The translations under genes were made by a program, and so were the position numbers. The notes under the pieces were generated by a model. It did not search any database and was not told the DNA's origin. It saw only the letters and a program-made list of their open reading frames with translations. A stretch of 60,352 nucleotides of DNA, filler included. It is 7 parts of 7 records of this genome, joined end to end, with 100 filler letters (N's around TTAATTAATTAA, not from the genome) between each part and the next. Parts side by side here need not be neighbours in the genome. Positions count along the whole stretch, not along the records: positions 35,732 to 49,612 come from SRR31156797_36287; 6 more parts are not named here. The stretch is one strand, 5' to 3'. Shown in pieces: positions 39,594 to 49,612 of this stretch. Numbering within the stretch: the stretch's first letter is position 1; each line of letters starts with the position of its first letter.

Positions 39594-40656
39594 ATCCTCT
39601 GTTTGTGTTGTCTCTCCTTTTCCGCCGCCATTCGGAGGAATGGCAGTTCAGGCAGAAAAGTTAGCCTGCCTTTTGGAAAAAGAGGGGTATAAGGTAACTA
39701 AAGTTGCAACAAATAATGAATTTCCATACCGATGGCGCTTCCTTGAAAGACTCCCCTTCTTTAGAACCATTGCAAGGCAGATATTGTTCCTGATTTCTTT
39801 GAACAGGTTGTTGTCAGGCGTTTCAACCGTTTATTTTTTAACAGGCTTTTTTAATTTCTTTTTCTGGGTAACCTACCCCGGGCTTGTTCTTATTTTACTT
39901 AGAAAAAAAAGAGTGATTTTAAGTGCCCGGGGGGGAGGGGCAAGATTATTTTTCAAAAAACACAGGGTTTTCATTAAACCCATACTTCGAAAACTTGACG
40001 CAATCACAGTTCCTTCGGGATTTTTAAAAGCCGCTTTTCAAGAAGAATTGGGGATAGATACCATTGTCCTTCCCAATATAGCAGATCTCAAGCAATTTAA
40101 ATTCAGACGACGTGATCGTTTTTCACCAAGGTTGATAGCAACCCGCTCCCTTGAAGAAATATATGACCTGCCAACCGTCATCAAGGCATTTTCACGTATA
40201 AAATCCCGTTACCCTGAGGCACATTTGGGGATTCTGGGCGGTGGGAGTCTGAGGCAGATGCTAGAAACAATGGTGGAAGAATTAGGGCTTAAAAAAAATG
40301 TGATGTTTTACGGTGAAGTTACACACAATCGGATTTCTGAAATTTACAATCAATACGATATTTTCATAAATGCCTCCAAGGTTGACAACCTTCCCGGTTC
40401 AGTTCTGGAGGCGTTTGCCGCAGGTCTGCCTGTGATATCAACCCGGGCCGGCGGAATTCCTTTCATGGTAACCCATAGGGAGAACGGGCTGTTGTCAGAT
40501 ATTGGTGACGATAAGACCCTTGCCAAACATGTTCGGCAAATACTTGAAACCCCTGAACTCGGCAGAGCGCTTACCATGAAAGGATATGGGGAACTCCGCA
40601 GATACACCTGGCCTTATATCAAAACCGTATTATTTCCCCTGCTGACCGATGAATAA
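39577..40656 (+). CDS. Glycosyltransferase family 4
   Basis: PFPPPFGGMA, TRSLEEIYD, DNLPGSVLEAFAAGLPVIST. Confidence 0.9.
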   Translation: MKMNSKSSVCVVSPFPPPFGGMAVQAEKLACLLEKEGYKVTKVATNNEFPYRWRFLERLPFFRTIARQILFLISLNRLLSGVSTVYFLTGFFNFFFWVTYPGLVLILLRKKRVILSARGGGARLFFKKHRVFIKPILRKLDAITVPSGFLKAAFQEELGIDTIVLPNIADLKQFKFRRRDRFSPRLIATRSLEEIYDLPTVIKAFSRIKSRYPEAHLGILGGGSLRQMLETMVEELGLKKNVMFYGEVTHNRISEIYNQYDIFINASKVDNLPGSVLEAFAAGLPVISTRAGGIPFMVTHRENGLLSDIGDDKTLAKHVRQILETPELGRALTMKGYGELRRYTWPYIKTVLFPLLTDE

Positions 40657-41632
40657 GACCGACGTCTATATAACAGTTGACACGGAACACAGCATCGGAG
40701 GGGCTTTTCAGAATCCAAAATTCAAGCCGGTTGGAAATAAAAAGAGGGTTTTCGGGAGAATAGGTGATAAACAATATGGTATCCCCCTTATCATGGATAT
40801 CGCAGACCGTTACGGATTGAAAATCGTCTTCTTTGTGGAGGTCCTGAATAAATACGTATTTGGAGAGGATGAGACCAGAAAAGTATGCGATTACATTCAG
40901 GAAAGAGGTCACGAAATTCAGCTTCATCTGCATCCTCATTATTTGAATTTTAAAGAAATTCACCCTGAAAAATTAAAATATAAAGATAATTTATACCTTT
41001 ACGGCCTTGATGAGCAGACTGCGCTGCTTGAAAAGGGCCGGTACTTGCTGGAAAGATATGATGTACAAACTCCTGTGGCATTTCGGGCAGGAAACTACGG
41101 GTTCAACAGATCGTCTCTAACAGCGTTGAAGAATACCGGATTCAGATATGACAGCTCCTATAATCATACATTCATCAGACAGGTCCAGGGATTTGGGAAC
41201 CTGGTCCTGAACGACGCTAAAAAAATCGATGGAATTTGGGAATTTCCCATTACCAATTTCATCCAAACATTTCCAAAGCGGAAACCAAAGCCGCTTGATC
41301 TGAACGGGGTTAGTTCGAATGAGATGATCCGTACACTGCAATGGGCGAACAAGTCCGGACTGTTGAAACATATTACAATCATTCTGCATTCATTCAGTTT
41401 TCTTGAACCATTGGATGTCCAATATTCCAAAGTCCGGGTCCGGCAGTATGTGATAAATCGATTTAATGCAATCTGTCGTTTTTTGTCCGAAAACAAAAAT
41501 AGCTTTTGCGTCAGAGGATTCAATGGATTGGTTGTTGATGAATCAGACGCTTCCAGCCACGAATTTTTACAAATGCCGAAATGGGCCTCTGCGAGGCGGT
41601 TGGCCCAACAGGCATTGCACCGATTTATTTAG
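40649..41632 (+). CDS. Polysaccharide deacetylase-like (CE4 superfamily)
   Basis: ITVDTE, GHEIQLHLH, FRAGNYG, YDSSYN, ILHSFS. Confidence 0.82.
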   Translation: MNKTDVYITVDTEHSIGGAFQNPKFKPVGNKKRVFGRIGDKQYGIPLIMDIADRYGLKIVFFVEVLNKYVFGEDETRKVCDYIQERGHEIQLHLHPHYLNFKEIHPEKLKYKDNLYLYGLDEQTALLEKGRYLLERYDVQTPVAFRAGNYGFNRSSLTALKNTGFRYDSSYNHTFIRQVQGFGNLVLNDAKKIDGIWEFPITNFIQTFPKRKPKPLDLNGVSSNEMIRTLQWANKSGLLKHITIILHSFSFLEPLDVQYSKVRVRQYVINRFNAICRFLSENKNSFCVRGFNGLVVDESDASSHEFLQMPKWASARRLAQQALHRFI

Positions 41633-41667
41633 GTTCATTATGAATTTAAACCAAATGATATTATTAG

Positions 41668-43785
41668 ATGATGAGAGGTAAAATGGGAACATCCAGGATA
41701 AAGGCGGGGATTATAGGTACTGGTTTTATTGCAGACCTTCACATGGAAGCGTTGAACCGGATTAAAGACGTAGAGGTCGTATGTTGTTGCGATACGAATA
41801 TGGGGCGCTCCCAAAGTTTCTCCAAACGATGGAAGATCAGGTCCTGCTATGATGATCTAGCCAAGATGATTGAAGTTGAAAAAATGGATGTGGCCCATGT
41901 TTTGGTTCCACCCAATTTTCATTTACCGGTTTCCCAAACCCTTATGGAAAAAGGTGTCCATCTTTTTCTTGAAAAGCCAATGGGGTTGACCAGCCAGGAG
42001 TGCTCTGAAATCGTAAACACCGGAAAAAAAAACAATGTTCAGGTCGGTATTAATCATAATTTTGTTTTTTATCCCCTTTTCCAAAAATTAAAAAAAGATT
42101 TGGCAAATAATAAAATCGGTAACCCCGAATATATCTGCGCATATTACGGTGGGCCGCTTGGGCAGCTTGATTTTAATCAATTCGGCAACTGGATGTTTCA
42201 AAAACCGGGAAATATACTTTTGGAGCAGGGTCCCCACCCCATATCCCAGGTGACAAATATCCTGGGCGACATCAAAAGTATCTCCGCAAAAACAGGTCCG
42301 AAAAAAGAGTTGGGGAAAAATCAGTTTTTTTATGACCGGTGGCAGGCCCTGGCTGAGTGTGAACAAGGCAATGCTTTTTTACATCTTTCATTTGGAAAGC
42401 AATACTCCAACCAGCGCAATTTTCATGTATTCGGCCGTGACGGATCCATATTTATTGATTTTTTAAACAACAGATATCTGGTTCAGAAAAAATCTCTTTT
42501 TCCTGACTATCTGGACCCAACGGCAAATGCCATGAGATACACCTGGCCGGCGATGGGCGGTCTAAAGGATTTCAGCGACTACGCCATGTCCAAAGTAAAG
42601 CTTAAAGACCGTTCAGACTCGTTTTTTATAACCATGAAAAATTCAGTGAAAGCTTTTTATGATGCATTTTCAAAAGGAGAAGCGCTTCCCTGTACCGGGG
42701 AGGACGGAGAAAAGGTCATCAAAGCCTGTGAAAGATGGATTGATGCATCACAGATAGAGGAAAACCCGAAACAAACCTATGTGTTTAAAACAGCCCAGGA
42801 TGATGATGAGGTTCTTGTAACCGGTGCCACCGGCTTTATCGGCAGCTGCCTGGTAGAACAATTGATTGAAAAAGGTATAAAAGTCAGAATCTTGGTCCGG
42901 AATATTCATGGTCTTGCCCCTAGTCTGTATTCGGATAATGTCAGGATTATTCAGGGCGATATTACAGATAAAGAATGTATCAAAAATGCAGTTAAAGGCG
43001 TTAAAACCGTTTATCATCTTGCTCACAGCCTTGGGAAGAATTGGGATGAATTTGACCGCTTTAACATTCAGCCTGCTCGCTATTTTGCCGAGGCCTGCCT
43101 TGAAGAAAAATCAACCCTTGTATTTGCCAGCACCATTGCGGTTTATTATTATGGGGATTTATCTTCAGGGATTGTGAAACATGACAGTCCCATTGATTCG
43201 GAACCCGAACTTAGAAACGGGTATGCCAGATCAAAAGTTGTGGCAGAAAACATGTTGATGGAAATGCATAAAAAACAAGGGCTTTCCCTTATCATTGTCC
43301 GGCCGGGTATTGTCGTTGGAAAGAACGGCATCCTGGAACACAGCGGTGTTGGATTGTGGACCCGGGATAATGTCTGCGCATATTGGGGCAGCGGCAAAAA
43401 TGAACTGCCCTTCGTGCTGGTGGAAGATACTGCCCGGGCCTTGGTCAATATCATGGAAAAAGAGGGCCTGGAAGGTAGTCGACTTAATCTGGTGGGTGAT
43501 GTCAGATTGTCGGCAAGGGAATATATTGACGCTTTGAAATTGTATTCCAAGAGAGATATTTCGGCGTTTGCCTACCCTTCAAGGCTTATGTACCTGTCTG
43601 ATGCCTGCAAAATCCTAATAAAGAAAATCGGTGGAGATAAAAACACATTCCTAAGTTACCGGGACCTTGCCAACCGCTCTGTAAATGCGAAATTTGATAC
43701 AGGTTTTGAAAAACAGGCACTCTCTTGGCAACCGTCTTCAAATAGAGAGGAGTTCATTCAAAAAGCCTTATCTTGGGCGTTTTAG
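41668..43785 (+). CDS. Gfo/Idh/MocA oxidoreductase fused to an NAD-dependent epimerase/dehydratase (extended SDR)
   Basis: N-terminal GIIGTGFIA..LEKP; C-terminal VTGATGFIG, YARSK (YxxxK), RPGIVVG. Confidence 0.88.
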   Translation: MMRGKMGTSRIKAGIIGTGFIADLHMEALNRIKDVEVVCCCDTNMGRSQSFSKRWKIRSCYDDLAKMIEVEKMDVAHVLVPPNFHLPVSQTLMEKGVHLFLEKPMGLTSQECSEIVNTGKKNNVQVGINHNFVFYPLFQKLKKDLANNKIGNPEYICAYYGGPLGQLDFNQFGNWMFQKPGNILLEQGPHPISQVTNILGDIKSISAKTGPKKELGKNQFFYDRWQALAECEQGNAFLHLSFGKQYSNQRNFHVFGRDGSIFIDFLNNRYLVQKKSLFPDYLDPTANAMRYTWPAMGGLKDFSDYAMSKVKLKDRSDSFFITMKNSVKAFYDAFSKGEALPCTGEDGEKVIKACERWIDASQIEENPKQTYVFKTAQDDDEVLVTGATGFIGSCLVEQLIEKGIKVRILVRNIHGLAPSLYSDNVRIIQGDITDKECIKNAVKGVKTVYHLAHSLGKNWDEFDRFNIQPARYFAEACLEEKSTLVFASTIAVYYYGDLSSGIVKHDSPIDSEPELRNGYARSKVVAENMLMEMHKKQGLSLIIVRPGIVVGKNGILEHSGVGLWTRDNVCAYWGSGKNELPFVLVEDTARALVNIMEKEGLEGSRLNLVGDVRLSAREYIDALKLYSKRDISAFAYPSRLMYLSDACKILIKKIGGDKNTFLSYRDLANRSVNAKFDTGFEKQALSWQPSSNREEFIQKALSWAF

Positions 43786-43797
43786 GGTATTATCGCT

Positions 43798-44907
43798 ATG
43801 AAAAAAATACTTCATGTAATCGAGCGGTTCAATGTGGCAGGCGCAGAAGTGGTTGTCCGAGATATTTTAAAAGCCGCAGATAAGGATAAATGGGAAACAG
43901 AAGTATGCGTACTCCATGATATCGGTGTAATCGGGAAAGAAATGTTTGAACAAGGTTATCCTATTCATTTTTTAGACTGGACCCAGGAAGGCTTAAGTGA
44001 TGCCGCAGTCGCGAAAAAATTAAAATCTGTGATACGGAATAGAAATATTGATATCGTCCATGCTCATAATGTAACGCCATGGTATTTTTCATATAGAGCC
44101 CTGAAAAAGGAGTCCATAAAACTCTGTGTAACGATACACGGATTCATAAAAGGCCAAGGAAGTTTAAGGAAAAAACTATTCTATATTTTCCTGTCCAGAT
44201 TCACAGACCAGATTATTATGGTCTCTGAGTCGATTCAAAAGGATGTTTCAAAGCTTCCTTTGATGAATTTGAAGGACTCGAAGGTGATTGTTAACGGTAT
44301 TGAATTGGTCCAAAACGAGGAAGTCGATTACGAGGCCGTTAGGCAGGAAATCGGACTCAAGCAGGAAGATTTTGTAATCGGGACTGTTGGAAGACTTTAT
44401 GAAGAAAAAAACATTGAAATGCAGCTTGAGATGGTTGGACAATTGGCCAAAAAGATTCCAAATTTAAAATTGGTTATTGTATCAAAAAAATATGACTATA
44501 TCAAAAAACTGGAAGTAATGATTGATGATTTAGGCATCGGGGATAAGGTTGTCTTTACCGGGCTGCGCAGGGATATTCCGAGAGTTTTATCAATGTTTGA
44601 TATTTTTGTGATGACATCTTTTTCAGAAGGGACATCAATCGCGCTTTTAGAGGCTATGTCTTCAGGACTTCCTGTCGTTGTCAGTGAGGTGGGAGGCAAC
44701 CCGGATGTTATACGGCATAACGACAATGGTTTATTATTCAATGTTGACGATTTGACTGATTTTTGCAGCCACATACAGATGCTTTATAAAGACGCGGCTC
44801 TTCGCAAGGATTTAGCTGCAAAGGCAAAAGTCTCCAGCAAACGATATGCCATTGAAAACATGATAAAAGAATACGATTCTGTTTATCAAAAACTTTCTAA
44901 CCTGTAA
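43798..44907 (+). CDS. Glycosyltransferase family 4
   Basis: AGAE, IVHAH, GTVGRL..EKN, SEGTSIALLEAMSSGLPVV. Confidence 0.92.
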   Translation: MKKILHVIERFNVAGAEVVVRDILKAADKDKWETEVCVLHDIGVIGKEMFEQGYPIHFLDWTQEGLSDAAVAKKLKSVIRNRNIDIVHAHNVTPWYFSYRALKKESIKLCVTIHGFIKGQGSLRKKLFYIFLSRFTDQIIMVSESIQKDVSKLPLMNLKDSKVIVNGIELVQNEEVDYEAVRQEIGLKQEDFVIGTVGRLYEEKNIEMQLEMVGQLAKKIPNLKLVIVSKKYDYIKKLEVMIDDLGIGDKVVFTGLRRDIPRVLSMFDIFVMTSFSEGTSIALLEAMSSGLPVVVSEVGGNPDVIRHNDNGLLFNVDDLTDFCSHIQMLYKDAALRKDLAAKAKVSSKRYAIENMIKEYDSVYQKLSNL

Positions 44908-44931
44908 TTCACTTTTAAAAGGAAATGGAAT

Positions 44932-46146
44932 TTGATGTATTCTAATTTTGCGATTCTGCCTAATTGCAATGTAAGGGCAATGGAAGGGGTTGTTTCTTCC
45001 CTGGGAAAAAGAGGAATCCCTTTGGTCTGCCTTAGCACAACCGATCAATGCAGTGCGTTTCATTCGAAATATGCTCAAAAAAAATTAATATCTCCCCCAA
45101 CAACGAGTGAGGAAGATTTTTTAAAATTTCTGATATCAAAGGTGCCTAGGGGGGTATTATATGCATCTGACGATCAAACTACCCTATTGTTTTCAAAAAA
45201 TGCAGATTTATTAAAAAAAGAAGGTTTTTTAATAAATATTCCCGAATACTTTCAACTGAAAACCGGATTTGATAAATGGCTCTGCTTTAAGAAAGCAACC
45301 AGCATAGGTATTCCTTGTGCTTACAGTTATAAGATATCCTGCAAGGATGATCTTTCCTATATAAAAGAAAATATGGCGGTTCCTTATATCTTAAAAGCGA
45401 CAACATTAGCGGGTGGAAATTATATTAAAATAAATCATAAAAGCGAATTAGAAAATGCCTATAAAAAAATACAGGCCACCATTGAAAAACAAAAAAATTC
45501 TATCCTGAATCCGGAAATAATTGCCCAGGAGTGGCTTGAGTATGAGATGGAAGACATTTGGTGCCTTGAGGCGTATTATGATAAAGGCGGTGTCCCACAA
45601 GGATTTATGCCGATTCGGAAAATAAGAACGGAGATAAAGCCGGATGGGACATACGGAAGCCGGTTATACGCTGGTGAATCCCGCCAATGTCCTGAACTGA
45701 CAGAATTATCCAGAAAGCTGCTGGATAGTTTAGACTGGAAAGGGTTTGCACATTTTGACTGGATTTTTTCCAGAAAAAAGAATCAATTTTTTTTAACAGA
45801 GATAAATCCGAGATTACCTGGGTTTAGTTTTTATCCATCCAATGCAGGTTTTGAAATGGCTTATTACTATTATGCCGACCTCACAGATCATTCTTATCAT
45901 ATTCCTAAATTTCGCCCCTCCTTGTATTTTGAACCTTTAAGATATCCTGGCGATATCTCGGCTTCAATATCTACCATTATTAGAAAACAGTACAGCGTAA
46001 AAACCTTTCTTCACTCTTATATCAGCATTCTTTTTTCAAATAGGCCTATCATCTTTGATTTTTTAGATATCCATGATTTTCGAATGACCGGCTATAATCT
46101 ATTTCGGATGGTATCTACAGTGCTCAGGGAATGTTTGAAAAAATAA
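44932..46146 (+). CDS. ATP-grasp carboxylate-amine ligase (D-aspartate-ligase-like)
   Basis: FDKW..IGIP, PYILKA, IAQEWL, GFAHFDW, FLTEINPR. Confidence 0.8.
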   Translation: MMYSNFAILPNCNVRAMEGVVSSLGKRGIPLVCLSTTDQCSAFHSKYAQKKLISPPTTSEEDFLKFLISKVPRGVLYASDDQTTLLFSKNADLLKKEGFLINIPEYFQLKTGFDKWLCFKKATSIGIPCAYSYKISCKDDLSYIKENMAVPYILKATTLAGGNYIKINHKSELENAYKKIQATIEKQKNSILNPEIIAQEWLEYEMEDIWCLEAYYDKGGVPQGFMPIRKIRTEIKPDGTYGSRLYAGESRQCPELTELSRKLLDSLDWKGFAHFDWIFSRKKNQFFLTEINPRLPGFSFYPSNAGFEMAYYYYADLTDHSYHIPKFRPSLYFEPLRYPGDISASISTIIRKQYSVKTFLHSYISILFSNRPIIFDFLDIHDFRMTGYNLFRMVSTVLRECLKK

Positions 46147-46212
46147 TTCGTAAAAACCAAGATAAGGCTCTTTCTTTACTTTGGTATAATTAAAAAAGAT
46201 AAGGATAAAAAC

Positions 46213-48816
46213 ATGGGTCCATTCTATCAATCTAAAATTCTTTCAAAGTTTAGGGGCTTTTTAAATTTATTGTCTATGAGTCGTGGCGAGGATAAACTTT
46301 CTGTCTATAGACAGATATATGAGATGATATATCTCTTTATATCAAGGGGACTGAGTCCCAATTACTACAATGATGCCGGGTTTGCCTCCAAAGATATCCC
46401 ATGGGAAACCAAAAAACTGTATTTGAGTTCAAAAAATTACTATAAGGCTGTATGGAAACTCAATAATAAAGATTACAGAAAACTGTCACAGAACAAAATG
46501 GCTGAAAAAGCCATGTTTTCATTATACAATATTCCGACACCGGCCTATCTTGGATATTTAGATGTGGCGAACGGCAGAACCCCTGAAGGTGCTCCTCTTT
46601 GTTCCGACGGGGATCTGTATTCGTACCTGGCGGGTCTCGTTGGACGGAGAGTCTGTTTCAAACTGCTGGAAGGATGGGGTGGCAAAGGATTTAAGGTTGT
46701 TGATGTGATAAAAAAAGACGGACAGGTTTGTTTAAGGCATTTAAACGGAGACATACAGCGCATTGATGCGTTTTATGACAATACCCTTAAATTTTCTTCC
46801 AATACTTCCTATCTGATGGAGGATTATTTCCAGCAGCATGAAAGCCTGCTCCGACTAAACCCCTCAAGCGTCAACACCATCAGAATCTGGGTGGTCACCC
46901 GGCCGGGCGAGAACCCTACAAGAGTGGTCGGTGCTTTTCTAAGGCTAGGTCGCAAAGGTAGTCTTGTCGATAATACGGACGCTGGCGGTTTTATATGCGG
47001 CATAGATCTTGATGGCGGACGACTGAAACATGGAGAAGAAGTATCCAGCAAAGAGATCATGTACGAAGTCCACCCAGACACAGGTGAACGGATAAAGGGC
47101 GAAAAAATACCATACTGGCATGACGCAAAAGCGCTTGCCATCAAAACCGTAACAACCTTTCCACACATTAACTTTGCTGGAATTGATGTCGCCATTGGCC
47201 CCCAAGGGCCGGTAATCATTGAGATGAACGTGCCGCCGGACCCAAGCGGCGGTGTTCAACTCGGGTTTTGCAGAAAGGATCTGGTTTCTGCGGAACCATG
47301 GTCTAAGCAAAAGGTTTTTAGTGATGCAGACGCACTCTTTCAAGAACTGTACAAAGTTTACCTTAAGTCAACGGATATAAAATTTCAGTCTGATTACGTA
47401 AAAGCCGGTACCATTTATTTTGCCATACCTAAATACAAACCTGGAGGTATAAAAAAACATATGGCAATATGCTGGTCTTTTCTGGAGCTACATGCCCATC
47501 CGCTATTAACGGCAGTAGAGGCCCTTTTAAAAACCACGCTTCCAAACAGCAGGATATACCGAAGCTATACTGAACTATTGGATTACAAGTTCAATCCGGA
47601 TGCATATGCTGAAAAAGCTATCGAAAATGGTGCTTTGCTGTCGGTGGTCAGCACGACAAAGTGGTCCGGAGACAAGTTCATCCAAGTACCGGATGTGGAA
47701 CATTATTTTTACCGGTTTGTTGACTATCATCGGCGAAAAATTAATATTCCGTTGATTGCCATTACCGGATCATGCGGCAAGACAACCACTAAAGAACTTT
47801 GTGCTGCCGTTCTTCAGCAAAAATATTCGCTGATTGCAACCGACCATAATTACAACACGGAGATAGGAGCAGCACTGACTCTTTTGAAAACTAAACAATC
47901 TGCTGAAATGGGAATTCTGGAGCTTGGATCTGCCGGTCCGGACAGTATTCGCAGAAAAGCTCAGATTGTCAAACCGACAGCAGGTTTGATCACAAAAATC
48001 GGTAAGGCCCACTTGGAAGGCTTTGGCAGTGTTGAGGGCGTTAAGCGGATAAAGGGGCAGTTATTTGAGCAAGTCGCAGAAAACCAAGGGCTTTTTTTTC
48101 TAAATCTGGATGACGAGCATATTAGGGACATCGCAGGCGGATATAAAAATATTATGACATATGGTTGCCATTCCGACGCCATGATACAGGGAAAAGTCCT
48201 TGAAAGCACCCCCTATCTCAAACTAGAATGGATATTGAATACCTCAGCTTTTAAGGAACAAAAGGGAGAGGCATATACGATCTCCACCCAATTGTTTGGA
48301 GGTTATAATCTAAGCAATGTTCTTGCAGCGATAAGCGTTGGTTTATATTATGGTGTTCCTGCTCAGGATATCTGCTCAGCCATATCTTCATACCGACCGG
48401 ACAATAACCGCTCCCAAATCGTTCACTGTGAGGATACCACATTGATTGTAGATGCATATAATGCAAATCCGACAAGTATGGCCGCGGCACTTGAAAGCTT
48501 CAGCAAAATGCCTGCTGAATCAAAGGTTGTCATTCTCGGAGATATGCTGGAACTTGGAAAATTCAGCAGGCAAGAGCACAGCAGAATTTTAAAGATGCTA
48601 ACAGCTATGGATTTGGATAAAGTCTTTCTTGTTGGCAATGAATTTGGGAAGTTCGAGGGAGAATATCCATACTGTTTTTTCAAAAATATTCAAAGTCTAA
48701 TGGACTCTGTTCAGGTTTATACCGTTCCTAAAACAACGGTATTCATCAAGGGTTCTAATAGTATTCAACTTGAAAAATTGGTAGAGCGCTTTAAGGATAC
48801 CTGTACTGTAAAATGA
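46213..48816 (+). CDS. Fusion: sugar-transfer-associated ATP-grasp domain + divergent MurF-like Mur ligase
   Basis: aa ~1-355: NK..IPTP, FK..GWGGKG, QH..L..LNPSSVNTIR, R.G..VDN..AGG, HPDTG, IPYW, GIDVAI..GPVIIEMN. aa ~370-867: ITGSCGKTTTKE, AHLEGFGS, NNRSQ, DAYNANPTSM, LGDMLELG, IKGS. Confidence 0.9.
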   Translation: MGPFYQSKILSKFRGFLNLLSMSRGEDKLSVYRQIYEMIYLFISRGLSPNYYNDAGFASKDIPWETKKLYLSSKNYYKAVWKLNNKDYRKLSQNKMAEKAMFSLYNIPTPAYLGYLDVANGRTPEGAPLCSDGDLYSYLAGLVGRRVCFKLLEGWGGKGFKVVDVIKKDGQVCLRHLNGDIQRIDAFYDNTLKFSSNTSYLMEDYFQQHESLLRLNPSSVNTIRIWVVTRPGENPTRVVGAFLRLGRKGSLVDNTDAGGFICGIDLDGGRLKHGEEVSSKEIMYEVHPDTGERIKGEKIPYWHDAKALAIKTVTTFPHINFAGIDVAIGPQGPVIIEMNVPPDPSGGVQLGFCRKDLVSAEPWSKQKVFSDADALFQELYKVYLKSTDIKFQSDYVKAGTIYFAIPKYKPGGIKKHMAICWSFLELHAHPLLTAVEALLKTTLPNSRIYRSYTELLDYKFNPDAYAEKAIENGALLSVVSTTKWSGDKFIQVPDVEHYFYRFVDYHRRKINIPLIAITGSCGKTTTKELCAAVLQQKYSLIATDHNYNTEIGAALTLLKTKQSAEMGILELGSAGPDSIRRKAQIVKPTAGLITKIGKAHLEGFGSVEGVKRIKGQLFEQVAENQGLFFLNLDDEHIRDIAGGYKNIMTYGCHSDAMIQGKVLESTPYLKLEWILNTSAFKEQKGEAYTISTQLFGGYNLSNVLAAISVGLYYGVPAQDICSAISSYRPDNNRSQIVHCEDTTLIVDAYNANPTSMAAALESFSKMPAESKVVILGDMLELGKFSRQEHSRILKMLTAMDLDKVFLVGNEFGKFEGEYPYCFFKNIQSLMDSVQVYTVPKTTVFIKGSNSIQLEKLVERFKDTCTVK

Positions 48817-49436
48817 AAATTATAGAAGCTTTTATATTATATTACCGTGTTAAGGCCCTCTCTTTATATTTAAGATCAAAAGGCATCTATTGTACGATAA
48901 ACGCCCATTTCAGGGATAAAAAAACTGCGCACAAATGGAGTACCGCATACAGTATTATAACAGGAAAAGTCCAATTGGGGGCTTTGCGTTCATTGGATAA
49001 AGGATATGACCTTGATGGAAACCGCTGGTATGAAGTCGCTTGGGATACTGGCGGAAGTGATGAAATACCAGCGAAAAACTGTTCTGCCATCAAAGAAAAT
49101 GCTTTGGCTTTATACGGTCCTGACAAAATCGTTTTTGCTGCAGAAGGATATGAGTCTGGTACGGCTAGGCGGAAACCGAATGTTAATGACATTCCCGTGT
49201 CAAAGCATGTTTACGGAGCAGCAATTGATATCAACTTACACTGGGACCGTATAGGTGGGCCGTGGAGCGGTAAGGCTAGAAGGCTTATGAGTGATTTTGG
49301 CTTGTTAAGACCCGTGTCAAATGAATGTTGGCATGTTGAACTCAATAAAAAAAAATCCCCGAGGTATTTACCCTATGAAATCCTATGGTTCTGGTTAAAA
49401 TCCAGGAGGAAGAGTATGTCCAACCACCTCAATTAA
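48813..49436 (+). CDS. M15-family (VanY/LAS-type) zinc peptidase
   Basis: SKHVYGAAID (SxHxxGxAxD) and NECWH (ExWH); ATGA overlap with the upstream fusion gene. Confidence 0.8.
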   Translation: MKIIEAFILYYRVKALSLYLRSKGIYCTINAHFRDKKTAHKWSTAYSIITGKVQLGALRSLDKGYDLDGNRWYEVAWDTGGSDEIPAKNCSAIKENALALYGPDKIVFAAEGYESGTARRKPNVNDIPVSKHVYGAAIDINLHWDRIGGPWSGKARRLMSDFGLLRPVSNECWHVELNKKKSPRYLPYEILWFWLKSRRKSMSNHLN

Positions 49437-49612
49437 TCAAGCTATAAACCGTTTTCCAGCAGGCCGTTACAACTGAAGCGCTTCCCAAGGTGATCGATTC
49501 TCATCCTCGATTATTACTTCGAAGGGGTCCGTGGGCTCACGACCATGATTTGAAAAGCTTGAAATCCTGGTCATCAGAAAATCACTTTAAATCATATTTA
49601 AGCAGAAAACCC

